A stretch of DNA of 32,000 bases from Vibrio cholerae ATCC 14035 (GCF_000621645.1 NZ_JHXR01000029.1:5424-37423); one strand, 5' to 3'. Positions 16,413 through 25,244 are shown, counted from the stretch's first letter. Notes: generated from the sequence alone by a model not told the origin. Numbers and translations are program-made.

Positions 16413-17177
16413 CTACTCTTTATCAACATCAAGAATACGTTTACTTGCGTTGAGGTAGTTCTTCAAATAACTATCGATAACCCTTGGGTTCTGCCCATCT
16501 TGAATCGCTAAAACACCGTCCATGATCAGACGACGGTTGAGGGTTTCCTGATCACGACGCAGCGCAAGCTTGTCGGCAATCGGGAAGAAAATCATATTGG
16601 AAAGTACCGCACCGTACAGAGTCGTCAGCAAAGCAACCGCCATTGCAGGACCGATTGACTTGGGGTCGTCCATGTTAGATAACATGGCAACCAGACCAAC
16701 CAGTGTCCCGATCATCCCCATCGCGGGTGCAACGTCACCAAAGGCGCGAAAAACTTGGGTTCCTTTGCTGTGGCGCTCATCGGTCAAGACAATATCTTTT
16801 TGCAAGGTGGCACGCACCACATCCGCATCATGGCCGTCCACCAAAAGGTCGATCCCTTTTTGCATGAAAGGATTGGGGATCTCCATCTCTTCCAACGCTA
16901 AAAAGCCACCTTTACGTGCGGCATCCGCCATCTCGACGATTTTGGCAATCAGATCTTCGGGAGCATCAGCTTTAAACATAAAGGCTTTACCAGCGATTTT
17001 GGCCGCACCAAAAAACTGCCCCATCTCGAACTTCATGAGTACGACGAAGACCGAACCGCCGACCACGATAAGAACTGATACCACGTCAACGAACATCATG
17101 ATGCTGCCGCCTAGCACCATCGCCATGATAACGAAAGCCATGCCACCAATAAGACCAACCAGTGTTGCTAAATCCAC
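16413..17177 (-). CDS. pomA: Sodium-driven polar flagellar stator protein PomA (MotA family)
   Basis: 254-aa MotA/TolQ/ExbB-type four-TM protein (GDVAPAMGMIGTLVGLVAML, AVALLTTLYGAVLSNMIFFPIADKL), immediately upstream of pomB. Confidence 0.94.
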   Translation of the reverse strand: MDLATLVGLIGGMAFVIMAMVLGGSIMMFVDVVSVLIVVGGSVFVVLMKFEMGQFFGAAKIAGKAFMFKADAPEDLIAKIVEMADAARKGGFLALEEMEIPNPFMQKGIDLLVDGHDADVVRATLQKDIVLTDERHSKGTQVFRAFGDVAPAMGMIGTLVGLVAMLSNMDDPKSIGPAMAVALLTTLYGAVLSNMIFFPIADKLALRRDQETLNRRLIMDGVLAIQDGQNPRVIDSYLKNYLNASKRILDVDKE

Positions 17178-17226
17178 GAAGCACTCCTCAGGCTACACAT
17201 TCGCGATAATGAAAATCTTACCTTCA

Positions 17227-17253
17227 TTATCGGCAACAGAATAAATTCTTTAA
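17227..17253 (-). promoter_or_regulatory. Sigma28 (FliA)-type promoter for pomAB
   Basis: The minus strand reads TTAAAG-AATTTATTCTGTT-GCCGATAA. This compares with the consensus TAAA-N15-GCCGATAA, where the spacer here is 14. The -10 element is a perfect GCCGATAA, about 50 nt upstream of the pomA ATG. Confidence 0.65.
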
Positions 17254-17491
17254 CGAAATTGTCAGAATAGACGGTGAAAACCTTAGTCAAGTGTATACGT
17301 AAAACTGGCAGAGATGCACCTGTCACGCGCAGAGTTTTTAGCCTTCGAATTATGACTTTGTGGACTTTTTTCCATTTCGTTATCTGGCGCGGTAAAAAAG
17401 CCTTCTATTTCTGACAAAATCGCTTGGTTAAATTTGACCAGCCAAGCCCCCTGAGGTAACTTTCGTGCATCTTAAGTAAGGCATAAAAAAT

Positions 17492-17734
17492 ATGGCGAGC
17501 AAGAAACCGGAAAACATGTCCTTCGAGTCAACCATCGAAGAGCTGGAACAGTTGGTCGAACAGCTAGAAAGTGGCGATCTGGCACTGGACGAAGCACTGC
17601 GCAAATTCGAGCGTGGCATCTCTTTAGCCAGAGCTGGCCAGCTCAAACTAGACGATGCTGAGCAGCGTGTGCGGATTTTGCTCAGTAACAGTGATGATGC
17701 CCCGCTCAGCGATTTTAGCGATGTAGCAGAGTAA
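17492..17734 (+). CDS. xseB: Exodeoxyribonuclease VII small subunit XseB
   Basis: SFESTIEELEQLVEQLESGDLALDEALRKFERGISLARAGQLKLDDAEQRVRILL is collinear with E. coli XseB. Confidence 0.95.
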   Translation: MASKKPENMSFESTIEELEQLVEQLESGDLALDEALRKFERGISLARAGQLKLDDAEQRVRILLSNSDDAPLSDFSDVAE

Positions 17735-17775
17735 CTCGCTCCACAGCCAGAACAACCGACAAAGATGAGTGTCCT

Positions 17776-18660
17776 ATGATTGAGGCGTTATCCTCATACC
17801 AACAGCGAAATAACCAGCAACTGGATCAGTGGCTGAACCGTATTCCCTTTCAAACCTTGCCTTTAATCGAGGCGATGCGTTACGGGCTACTGCTCGGCGG
17901 CAAACGGGCACGGCCATATTTGGTGTACATCACGGGGCAAATGCTCGGCTGTGAGCTTAGCGACTTAGACACTCCTGCCTCAGCCGTGGAGTGTATTCAC
18001 GCCTATTCGCTGATCCATGATGATTTGCCCGCCATGGATGATGATGAGCTGCGCCGCGGCAAGCCCACTTGCCATATCCAGTTTGATGAGGCCACCGCCA
18101 TTTTGACCGGCGACGCCCTGCAAACCTTGGCGTTTACTATTTTGGCGGAAGGCGATCTTTCTGCTGCAGGCGAAACACAGCGCGTCGCCATGATCCAAGC
18201 TCTTGCCGAAGCTTCTGGCGCACAAGGCATGTGCCTTGGTCAAGCGTTAGATCTGGCGGCGGAAAATCGCTTAATTTCGCTAGAGGAATTGGAAACCATT
18301 CATCGCAATAAAACCGGCGCTTTAATGCGCTGCGCGATCCGTTTAGGTGCTTTAGCCGCAGGTGAAAAAGGCCGCGCCATGCTACCGCATCTTGATCGCT
18401 ATGCAGAAGCGGTTGGCCTCGCGTTTCAGGTTCAAGATGACATTCTCGATATCATTAGCGATACCGAAACCCTTGGTAAACCACAGGGTTCTGACCAAGA
18501 ATTAAATAAAAGTACCTACCCTGCTCTTTTAGGCTTAGAAGGAGCACAACAAAAAGCACACACTCTGTTACAAGAAGCGCTTCTGGCTTTAGAAGCAATT
18601 CCCTACAATACGGAGCATCTGGAAGAGTTCGCCCGATATGTCGTCGAGCGCAAGAACTAA
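17776..18660 (+). CDS. ispA: Farnesyl diphosphate synthase IspA
   Basis: FARM motif HDDLPAMDDDELRRG and SARM motif FQVQDDILD. Collinear with E. coli IspA, in the conserved xseB-ispA-dxs operon order. Confidence 0.95.
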   Translation: MIEALSSYQQRNNQQLDQWLNRIPFQTLPLIEAMRYGLLLGGKRARPYLVYITGQMLGCELSDLDTPASAVECIHAYSLIHDDLPAMDDDELRRGKPTCHIQFDEATAILTGDALQTLAFTILAEGDLSAAGETQRVAMIQALAEASGAQGMCLGQALDLAAENRLISLEELETIHRNKTGALMRCAIRLGALAAGEKGRAMLPHLDRYAEAVGLAFQVQDDILDIISDTETLGKPQGSDQELNKSTYPALLGLEGAQQKAHTLLQEALLALEAIPYNTEHLEEFARYVVERKN

Positions 18661-18679
18661 ACAATAAGCGCGCATACTT

Positions 18680-20560
18680 ATGACTCTTGATATCTCAAAA
18701 TACCCAACACTGGCTCTGGCGAATACGCCAGACGAACTGCGCAGCCTTCCAAAAGAAGTACTGCCTAAGCTGTGTGACGAGTTACGTACCTATTTGCTCA
18801 ACTCGGTGAGCCAATCCAGCGGTCATTTGGCCTCAGGATTAGGCACCGTTGAGCTGACGGTTGCGCTGCATTACGTCTACCACACCCCATTTGATCATCT
18901 GATCTGGGATGTGGGTCATCAGGCTTACCCACATAAAATTTTGACTGGTCGTCGTGATCAGATGCCCACCATTCGCCAGAAAGATGGATTACACCCTTTC
19001 CCATGGCGTGAAGAGAGTGAATACGACACCCTCTCGGTGGGTCACTCCTCCACCTCGATCAGTGCCGCACTCGGCATGGCAATCTGTGCTGGTAAAGAAG
19101 GTAAAGACCGTAAAGTGGTCAGTGTGATTGGCGATGGCGCGATCACCGCCGGTATGGCGTTTGAAGCGATGAACCACGCGGGGGATGTGCACCCTGATAT
19201 GCTGGTCGTACTCAATGACAATGAAATGTCGATTTCAGAGAATGTCGGCGCACTGAACAACCATTTGGCGCAAGTGCTGTCTGGCAGTCTCTACACCTCT
19301 ATTCGCGAAGGTGGCAAGAAAGTGCTGTCTGGCATTCCGCCAATCAAAGAGCTGGTTCGTCGCACCGAAGAGCATCTCAAAGGCATGGTGGTTCCCGGAA
19401 CGCTATTTGAAGAGCTCGGCTTTAACTACATTGGCCCTGTGGATGGCCATGACGTACTGGAACTGATCAAAACCCTGAAAAACATGCGTGAGCTAAAAGG
19501 GCCACAGTTCCTCCACGTGATGACCAAAAAAGGCAAAGGCTATGCGCCTGCGGAAAAAGATCCGATTGGCTATCACGGCGTGCCTAAGTTTGATCCAAGC
19601 CACCACAGCTTGCCCAAAAGCAGCAATACTAAGCCCACCTTTTCGAAAATCTTTGGCGATTTTCTGTGTGATATGGCGGCGCAAGATCCCAAGTTGATGG
19701 CGATTACCCCAGCCATGCGTGAAGGCTCTGGCATGGTACGTTTCTCCAAAGAGTACCCAAGCCAATACTTTGATGTGGCGATTGCCGAACAGCACGCAGT
19801 CACGCTGGCGACCGGTATGGCTATTGCGGGGTATCACCCGATTGTGGCGATTTACTCCACCTTCTTACAGCGTGGTTACGATCAACTGATCCACGATGTG
19901 GCGATCATGAACTTGCCGGTGATGTTTGCCATCGACCGCGCGGGGATTGTCGGAGCCGATGGTCAAACTCACCAAGGTGCGTTTGATTTAAGCTACATGC
20001 GCTGCATTCCCAACATGCTGATCATGGCTCCGGCGGATGAAAATGAATGTCGCCAAATGCTCTACACGGGTCATCAACATCAAGGGCCAAGTGCCGTGCG
20101 TTACCCACGCGGTAATGGCATGGGCGTTGAGCTAGAGAGCAGCTTTACCGCGTTGGAAATCGGCAAAGGCCGCTTAATGCGTGAAAGCACGGCATGCGAA
20201 GGTGAGAAAGTCGCGATTTTGAGTTTCGGTACTCTGCTGCCTAACGCTTTACAAGCCGCTGAAAAACTCAACGCGACAGTGGCTGACATGCGCTTTGTTA
20301 AACCACTGGATGAAGCCCTCATCAAGCAACTCGCCCAAACTCATGATGTCCTCGTGACATTGGAAGAAAATGCGATTGCCGGTGGCGCAGGGGCTGGCGT
20401 GATTGAGTTTCTGATGAAAGAGAAGCAGCTCAAGCCGGTTCTCAATCTCGGCCTACCAGATCAGTTCATCGTGCAAGGCACGCAAGAAGAGATGCATGCA
20501 GAACTTGGACTTGATGGTGCAGGCATTGAGCGAGCAATTCGCGACTATCTGGCCAAATAG
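18680..20560 (+). CDS. dxs: 1-deoxy-D-xylulose-5-phosphate synthase Dxs
   Basis: 626 aa. [19 protein letters not shown], the ThDP motif [27 protein letters not shown], and transketolase-like middle and C-terminal domains. Confidence 0.97.
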   Translation: MTLDISKYPTLALANTPDELRSLPKEVLPKLCDELRTYLLNSVSQSSGHLASGLGTVELTVALHYVYHTPFDHLIWDVGHQAYPHKILTGRRDQMPTIRQKDGLHPFPWREESEYDTLSVGHSSTSISAALGMAICAGKEGKDRKVVSVIGDGAITAGMAFEAMNHAGDVHPDMLVVLNDNEMSISENVGALNNHLAQVLSGSLYTSIREGGKKVLSGIPPIKELVRRTEEHLKGMVVPGTLFEELGFNYIGPVDGHDVLELIKTLKNMRELKGPQFLHVMTKKGKGYAPAEKDPIGYHGVPKFDPSHHSLPKSSNTKPTFSKIFGDFLCDMAAQDPKLMAITPAMREGSGMVRFSKEYPSQYFDVAIAEQHAVTLATGMAIAGYHPIVAIYSTFLQRGYDQLIHDVAIMNLPVMFAIDRAGIVGADGQTHQGAFDLSYMRCIPNMLIMAPADENECRQMLYTGHQHQGPSAVRYPRGNGMGVELESSFTALEIGKGRLMRESTACEGEKVAILSFGTLLPNALQAAEKLNATVADMRFVKPLDEALIKQLAQTHDVLVTLEENAIAGGAGAGVIEFLMKEKQLKPVLNLGLPDQFIVQGTQEEMHAELGLDGAGIERAIRDYLAK

Positions 20561-20608
20561 TCCTTTCCACCCGCCGCTTAACGTCGCTGAGGTAGAAATC
20601 AGAAAGAG

Positions 20609-20636
20609 AAAAGCCTTCATGATGAAGGCTTTTTTA
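20609..20636 (+). terminator. Rho-independent terminator after dxs
   Basis: AAGCCTTCAT-G-ATGAAGGCTT followed by T5. The A-rich left flank means it could also stop the convergent truC transcript. Confidence 0.8.
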
Positions 20637-20657
20637 TTGGGCTGATTGAGAAAATCA

Positions 20658-21392
20658 TCAAGCGTTGATTAACAGCGACTCTTGCCAACCAAACTCACTA
20701 AGCAAGCCTTGCCACACTTCATCTAGTCCAGCGCGAATCACTAACGGCTGCTGGGTATAAGGATGCATAAAACGTAACTCGCTGGCATGCAGCATCAAAC
20801 GTTGCGCGGAAAAGTGTTCACGAAACAGTCGGTTATGAACTCCATCGCCATGGGTGGTATCACCCACTATCGGATGACGCAGATGTGCCATATGACGACG
20901 CAGCTGATGTTTGCGCCCGGTCTTCGGTTGCATCTCCATCAAGCAATAGCGGGTAGTGGCAAACTTTCCCGTAGCAATGGGCAGTTCCACTTTGGCGAGT
21001 GGCCGATAAGCTGTCACCGCCGACTGCGCTTCTTTATCTTGCTTGGCAAATTTATCGGCAATTTTGTCGAGCTCTTCTTTGAGTGGATAATCGAGCACAT
21101 TTGCCTCTTCAATCCAGCCGCGCACAATGGCGTGGTAGGTTTTCTCCATCTCATGATTGGCAAACATCGGCATCACTTCAGAGGCAATCTGACTCGAAAG
21201 CGCAAACACCAACACACCGGATGTCGGGCGATCCAGACGGTGTAGCGGGAAAACGTGCTGACCAATTTGATCGCGCAGGGTCTGCATCACAAACTCGGTT
21301 TCATGCTTGTCGAGCCATGAACGGTGCACCAACATGCCAGCCGGTTTATTGACCGCCACCAAATATTCATCTTGATAAACAATCTCGAGCAT
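20658..21392 (-). CDS. truC: tRNA pseudouridine(65) synthase TruC (RluA family)
   Basis: MLEIVYQDEYLVAVNKPAGMLVHRS...HRLDRPTSGVL (catalytic Asp)...KTGRKHQLRRHMAHLRHPIVGD. Collinear with E. coli TruC. Confidence 0.93.
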   Translation of the reverse strand: MLEIVYQDEYLVAVNKPAGMLVHRSWLDKHETEFVMQTLRDQIGQHVFPLHRLDRPTSGVLVFALSSQIASEVMPMFANHEMEKTYHAIVRGWIEEANVLDYPLKEELDKIADKFAKQDKEAQSAVTAYRPLAKVELPIATGKFATTRYCLMEMQPKTGRKHQLRRHMAHLRHPIVGDTTHGDGVHNRLFREHFSAQRLMLHASELRFMHPYTQQPLVIRAGLDEVWQGLLSEFGWQESLLINA

Positions 21393-21704
21393 CTATTGGC
21401 ACACCTTGTCGATTTGTTGAATGACCGCAAGCACCGCTTGATAACGGGCCTCACCTTGCCACACTTCTGAGAAATACGGCTCCAGCGCGAAACCACGCGG
21501 TACCGCATTTTGGGCGATCGCCTGTTGCATTTTGGGCAGAAAAATCCACTGCAGCCACTCATGGGGCAACAGAGTATCCACTGCAAAGGGCTCTTGGCTG
21601 ACGAGAGCTTGTGAAGAAGGCGGTGTCGCTTGCCACAATTGCGCAGCACGCAATCTGACTTCCAACTCATCGAGTAACTTCACCAATACGGCGTTGAACT
21701 GCAT
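21393..21704 (-). CDS. yqcC: DUF446 protein YqcC
   Basis: 103 aa. The FAVDTLLPHEWLQWIFLPKM block matches E. coli YqcC (FFMDTMEPLEWLQWVLIPRM). Its TAG stop abuts the truC ATG, the same order as in E. coli. Confidence 0.85.
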   Translation of the reverse strand: MQFNAVLVKLLDELEVRLRAAQLWQATPPSSQALVSQEPFAVDTLLPHEWLQWIFLPKMQQAIAQNAVPRGFALEPYFSEVWQGEARYQAVLAVIQQIDKVCQ

Positions 21705-21792
21705 AATTCGTCCGGTTTATTTCTATGATGACCTTGAAAAAGTGCCATAGAGTACCATTTATTGGAGAAAGAAAGTTAGGATCAATTTCCGC

Positions 21793-22830
21793 ATGGACAC
21801 TATTCGTACCCTCACGGCTCTGCTGCAAAATAGCGGCTGCCAGTACCAAATTTTTGATCTCGGACGCCGCGTGCAAGCGATGGATAACCGCCAATTTGCT
21901 CAAGTGGAGTTAGGTCAACAAGCTTACCCGTTTCCGCTACAACGTCATGCACAATTCGCTATCGTGTATTGGAATGAACAGCGTCAACCTTGGATCTGGA
22001 TGCTCAAATTTGCACTTGATGAACGTGGCTTACTGCAACAAGCCGATGTTGGGCAATTTATTCAATATCTGCTCGAAGCAATGGGCAGCCGACTCCATCA
22101 ATCTTTGACGGAAGAGCAGCAACAGAAGCTCGCCAATAATCCTTACACTTTCAAACCCAGTGAAGACAAACTCGCGATGCTGCATAGCCATATTCGCATG
22201 CAGCTTGGTCTAGCCTGCAGCCAATACTACGAACACGCTCAGCACTATTTTTCAGGCGGTTTAGGCTGGGATAAGTGGCATACGGTGGGTTTGCAAGGGA
22301 TTACCGATCTTTGTGCCCGTTTAGAGCAAGAACAAAACGGCGTATTGCTCCGTAAAGCCCTGACTCATTTGCCTGCCCAGCCACTTTACGCTGTGCTCGG
22401 GGCATTAGAGCATGTCACCTTACCGGAAAAACTGGCGAAACGCTTAAGTGAGCTTGCGGAGGCGGAAGTCAAAGCCAGCGATCCAGATCTGTTTTTGCTC
22501 GCGGCTCTAGTGAGAGCCTTGGCCGGAGCGCCTGCCAATATCCTTGATGCGACTTGCGATGCGATTCTCGCCTCTCCCGCAATTTGCCATCCAGAAGTGC
22601 TGATTGCGCTTGCAGGACGCAGTTGGATGAGCTTAGAAAATAGCGGCCGTGCGCAACGCTTTTTGATCCGCTTAGCGCAAACTCAAAATCAACCCTTATT
22701 TAATCAATTGTTCGCGGACGTGGTCATGCTGCCCGCACTACGGGGAGTGATGCTGCCTCTATTGCACGCCAGCCCATCACCAGAGTTGGCGCAGGCTCTA
22801 GAGCAGTTACAGCAGATGACACGAGGATAA
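21793..22830 (+). CDS. Conserved hypothetical protein (DUF3549-like, name from memory)
   Basis: 345-aa ORF with no competing frame. No catalytic motif I can recognise. The 3-nt gap to the next ORF suggests an operon. Confidence 0.6.
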   Translation: MDTIRTLTALLQNSGCQYQIFDLGRRVQAMDNRQFAQVELGQQAYPFPLQRHAQFAIVYWNEQRQPWIWMLKFALDERGLLQQADVGQFIQYLLEAMGSRLHQSLTEEQQQKLANNPYTFKPSEDKLAMLHSHIRMQLGLACSQYYEHAQHYFSGGLGWDKWHTVGLQGITDLCARLEQEQNGVLLRKALTHLPAQPLYAVLGALEHVTLPEKLAKRLSELAEAEVKASDPDLFLLAALVRALAGAPANILDATCDAILASPAICHPEVLIALAGRSWMSLENSGRAQRFLIRLAQTQNQPLFNQLFADVVMLPALRGVMLPLLHASPSPELAQALEQLQQMTRG

Positions 22831-22833
22831 TTC

Positions 22834-23136
22834 ATGATTGGCGATTTGCTCTTGATACTGGCGCTCTGTTTTGCGGGATTTCTGTTTTGGCAGCAGCGCC
22901 ATCAAGCGGAAATCGCCAAACAAGCGATTCAACGCCACTGTGACAAGCTTGATTTGCAACTGCTCAACGTCGCTTTTGGCCAGCATAAATTCAAAACGCC
23001 CTCTGGCCAGTGGCGTTGGCACACCATTTATTTGTTTGAGTTTTCCTCACTTGGCGACGATTGTTACCAAGGTCAGTTAGAAATGCGAGGATTTAGAACG
23101 GTAGGTTTTGCTCTGCCACCGCACCGGATGGGCTAA
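22834..23136 (+). CDS. Small membrane-anchored hypothetical protein (DUF3301-like, name from memory)
   Basis: 100 aa with an N-terminal TM (MIGDLLLILALCFAGFLFW). It starts 3 nt after the stop of the preceding ORF. Confidence 0.55.
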   Translation: MIGDLLLILALCFAGFLFWQQRHQAEIAKQAIQRHCDKLDLQLLNVAFGQHKFKTPSGQWRWHTIYLFEFSSLGDDCYQGQLEMRGFRTVGFALPPHRMG

Positions 23137-23632
23137 GCCTATCCGCTTCAGCCGTCCAGACATATTGGCTACATGGGCCATAAAATTCATCCACATCCAT
23201 GGCGTGGATAAAACCGAGCTTTTGCAAAATAGTACGCGCAGCTTCATGTTGCGCTTTAATAGTTGCGACCACACGCTGTAAACCAAAACGCTGACACATA
23301 TTGGGGAAAAAGGCATTCAACGCTTCACTGGCGAATCCTTGTCCCCAGTAGGCTTTATCAAATAGAAAGCCCAACTCAGCGCGCCCTTCACTCTCAAATT
23401 CGATGAAGACATGCCCCATGTACTCACGGTTATAGTTATCCAGCACGGCCATCGCGTACAGTGAAGAATCATGCAATACCCGCTGAAAAAGCTGTTTCGC
23501 TGCCGCTACGGTCGTCGGCCCGTTCATCAGGGCACGGTTTTTCGCACAATAATTGAGCACCAGAAAATCTGACTCAAACGCCTCAGTGTAAGGGATAAGT
23601 AGCGTTCTTCGGGTCGCTATGGTCACGGACAT
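23093..23632 (-). CDS. GNAT family N-acetyltransferase (RimJ/RimL-like)
   Basis: RRTLLIPYTE..., and the acetyl-CoA motif-A region FDKAYWGQGFASEALNAFF...RVVATIKAQHEAARTILQKLGF. I prefer ATG 23632 (MSVTIATRR) because the longer track ORF (to 23716) would read through the strong hairpin at 23661-23692. The start is uncertain. Confidence 0.75.
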   Translation of the reverse strand: MSVTIATRRTLLIPYTEAFESDFLVLNYCAKNRALMNGPTTVAAAKQLFQRVLHDSSLYAMAVLDNYNREYMGHVFIEFESEGRAELGFLFDKAYWGQGFASEALNAFFPNMCQRFGLQRVVATIKAQHEAARTILQKLGFIHAMDVDEFYGPCSQYVWTAEADRLSPSGAVAEQNLPF

Positions 23633-23660
23633 TCCTTGTATAGCAGAAAAATCAAACGGA

Positions 23661-23697
23661 AATAGCGCCTTCCCAGATAGAAAGGCGCTATTTTTAT
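23661..23697 (+). terminator. Strong plus-strand rho-independent terminator upstream (in the antisense direction) of the GNAT gene
   Basis: 11-bp stem AATAGCGCCTT / AAGGCGCTATT with a 10-nt loop, followed by TTTTTATT on the plus strand. The minus-strand flank is only moderately U-rich. Confidence 0.6.
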
Positions 23698-23865
23698 TAA
23701 CAATGACCTCGTCCATATCAAGGATCGAATGACACGAGGTAAAGCCTGCTGACGTTGTTATTTTTATGGTTTATCAAGAACCTGATATGCGCTTATTTTT
23801 TTGTTAGCCAATATTGTGACCAATTTGGCCTGATTAACGCAGGTTCTTTTGCTCGAAAGGGAGAT

Positions 23866-24237
23866 TAAGGAAAGCCCCGACACAGGTGTCGGGGCTTAAT
23901 CTTAGTCGCAGCATCCGGCTACTTGAATGTGCTCCATGCATCATCCTTAACGGGCTGATCCTTTCAGCGAACTCCGAGCATCGCCATCCTAGCGGTGTCC
24001 TATTTATCCTGATGCCGAATAATCCTATTCAGCCTTCATCACTTGTTCCTTGAGCGGTGTCCTTGCCATCGTCCTGATGGGGTTCCCTCTCACATCCCTA
24101 GAGTATCCTGAATCATCCTTGCAGCTCACCTCACTGTGCGCTGACGCATTCCTTATGCGTGTCCGGCTTCCTGCTTGTGGTCATCCTCACCACTTCTCAT
24201 CCTGAGAATCACCGTTCCTAGGTCATTTCCTTCGACA
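23866..24237 (-). ncRNA. csrB: CsrB-family CsrA-sequestering sRNA
   Basis: There is no ORF. I counted 23 GGA trinucleotides on the minus strand and 0 on the plus strand between 23896 and 24237. Nine are AGGAU (CAGGAUG, AAGGAUG, UAGGAUG...). The 3' hairpin is GCCCCGAC..GTCGGGGC followed by UUUCCUU. The 5' end is estimated from the promoter. The locus is linked to yqcC-truC, as E. coli csrB is. Assignment among the V. cholerae CsrB/C/D paralogues is not certain. Confidence 0.88.
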
Positions 24238-24243
24238 AGAGAT

Positions 24244-24271
24244 AATTTACCCGTTTTGCTTTTTCGTACAA
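24244..24271 (-). promoter_or_regulatory. Candidate csrB promoter
   Basis: Minus strand: -35 TTGTAC (24271-24266), 16-bp spacer, -10 TAAATT (24249-24244). Confidence 0.4.
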
Positions 24272-24394
24272 GCGGCTGCTGGCCTACAGGCTAAGCCCCC
24301 AAACCCAACCAATAAAATAGACATTAAAAATCAAACAGATAAGTAAGCCCCCTCGTTATTCCTGCATCAATTCACTGTTTTTGCTTACACAAGG

Positions 24395-24412
24395 TGTAAG
24401 CGATCTCTCACA
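24395..24412. promoter_or_regulatory. VarA/UvrY/GacA-type upstream activating box
   Basis: TGTAAG-CGATCT-CTCACA matches the GacA/UvrY-family consensus TGTAAG-N6-CTTACA at 11/12 half-site positions. It lies about 160-175 bp upstream of the estimated csrB start. Confidence 0.7.
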
Positions 24413-24480
24413 AACGATTGCCCCTTTTGCTCGCGAGTGTTTCTCAGTAAGATGGCGGCAAACCCGAATAAGGAAAGATT

Positions 24481-24780
24481 ATGCTGACCAAAGACGTGTC
24501 TCAAGAGCTGGAAGAGATCCTCAATAGCCTGCAGCAGCAAGGCAAAGAGCCTTCTGTCGCACTGGTCAAAGCGCGTTTAAAAACGCCAGTGCCAATGCCT
24601 GCGATTATTGCCACGATAAAAAGTTGGAAAAGTACCCAACGCATCCCCAAAGTCGAGGTCGCCACGACAAATACTGCCCCGAGCCTTGAGCAGCGCATTG
24701 AACAATTAGAACAGACGATTTTACAGCTTACAGCGCGTATTGAAGCGCTCGAAAGCACAAACAAAGGAGGGCAAGCATGA
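24481..24780 (+). CDS. Small KfrA_N-like putative DNA-binding protein with a C-terminal coiled coil
   Basis: 99 aa. The N-terminus [42 protein letters not shown] fits the KfrA N-terminal pattern (..G-K-x-P-[ST]-V-x-x-V-[RK]..W; family from memory). The C-terminus [23 protein letters not shown] is heptad-repeat. Its stop overlaps the yaiI ATG (ATGA). Confidence 0.6.
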   Translation: MLTKDVSQELEEILNSLQQQGKEPSVALVKARLKTPVPMPAIIATIKSWKSTQRIPKVEVATTNTAPSLEQRIEQLEQTILQLTARIEALESTNKGGQA

Positions 24781-25226
24781 AGATTTGGGTAGACGCCGAT
24801 GCGTGTCCGAAAGTGATCCGTGAAACGCTGATCCGCGCCGCTGAGCGTACAGGCGTTGAATGTACCTTTGTCGCCAACCATCTGATCCCACTGCCCAAAC
24901 GCGACAATATTCGCGCGCTACAAGTCTCTTCAGGGTTTGATATTGCCGACAATGAGATAGTCAGACGCACCGAAGCGGGCGATTTGGTCATAACGGCAGA
25001 TATCCCCCTCGCGGATGAAGTGATCAGCAAAGGTGGTTTGGCGCTCAATCCACGCGGTGAGCTCTACACCAAAGAGACCATCAAAGCGCGCCTGAATATT
25101 CGCGATTTTATGGATACCATGCGCGCCAGCGGCATTCAAACCGGTGGCCCTGCCGCCCTTTCGCAGACCGAACGGCGCGAGTTTGCCAATCATCTGGACA
25201 GAATTTTGGCTAAGCGCACTGGGTAA
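24777..25226 (+). CDS. yaiI: UPF0178/DUF188 protein YaiI
   Basis: [24 protein letters not shown]...[41 protein letters not shown]...[14 protein letters not shown] is collinear with E. coli YaiI. AAGGAGG lies 6 nt upstream, inside the preceding gene. Confidence 0.9.
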   Translation: MKIWVDADACPKVIRETLIRAAERTGVECTFVANHLIPLPKRDNIRALQVSSGFDIADNEIVRRTEAGDLVITADIPLADEVISKGGLALNPRGELYTKETIKARLNIRDFMDTMRASGIQTGGPAALSQTERREFANHLDRILAKRTG

Positions 25227-25244
25227 TGAGATTTTCTGATGTGT

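Noticed and set aside
17205-17231. Inverted repeat GATAATGAA-N9-TTCATTATC, considered as an RNA element in the pomA leader
   Set aside because: The predicted sigma28 TSS falls inside the loop, so the full hairpin would not be in the mRNA. It is mentioned only as a possible DNA-level site.
23896-24237. Short-period ATCCT-containing repetition that could be mistaken for a tandem repeat or degenerate CRISPR-like array
   Set aside because: It has no constant-length repeats or spacers. The periodicity is the GGA-motif hairpin array of a CsrB-family sRNA on the minus strand.
24384-24400. Perfect palindrome CTTACA-CAAGG-TGTAAG, considered as the VarA/UvrY box
   Set aside because: The half-sites face outward (CTTACA-N5-TGTAAG), which is not the GacA-box arrangement. 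The adjacent TGTAAG-N6-CTCACA (24395-24412) fits the consensus properly. The extra half-site is kept only as a remark in the csrB finding.
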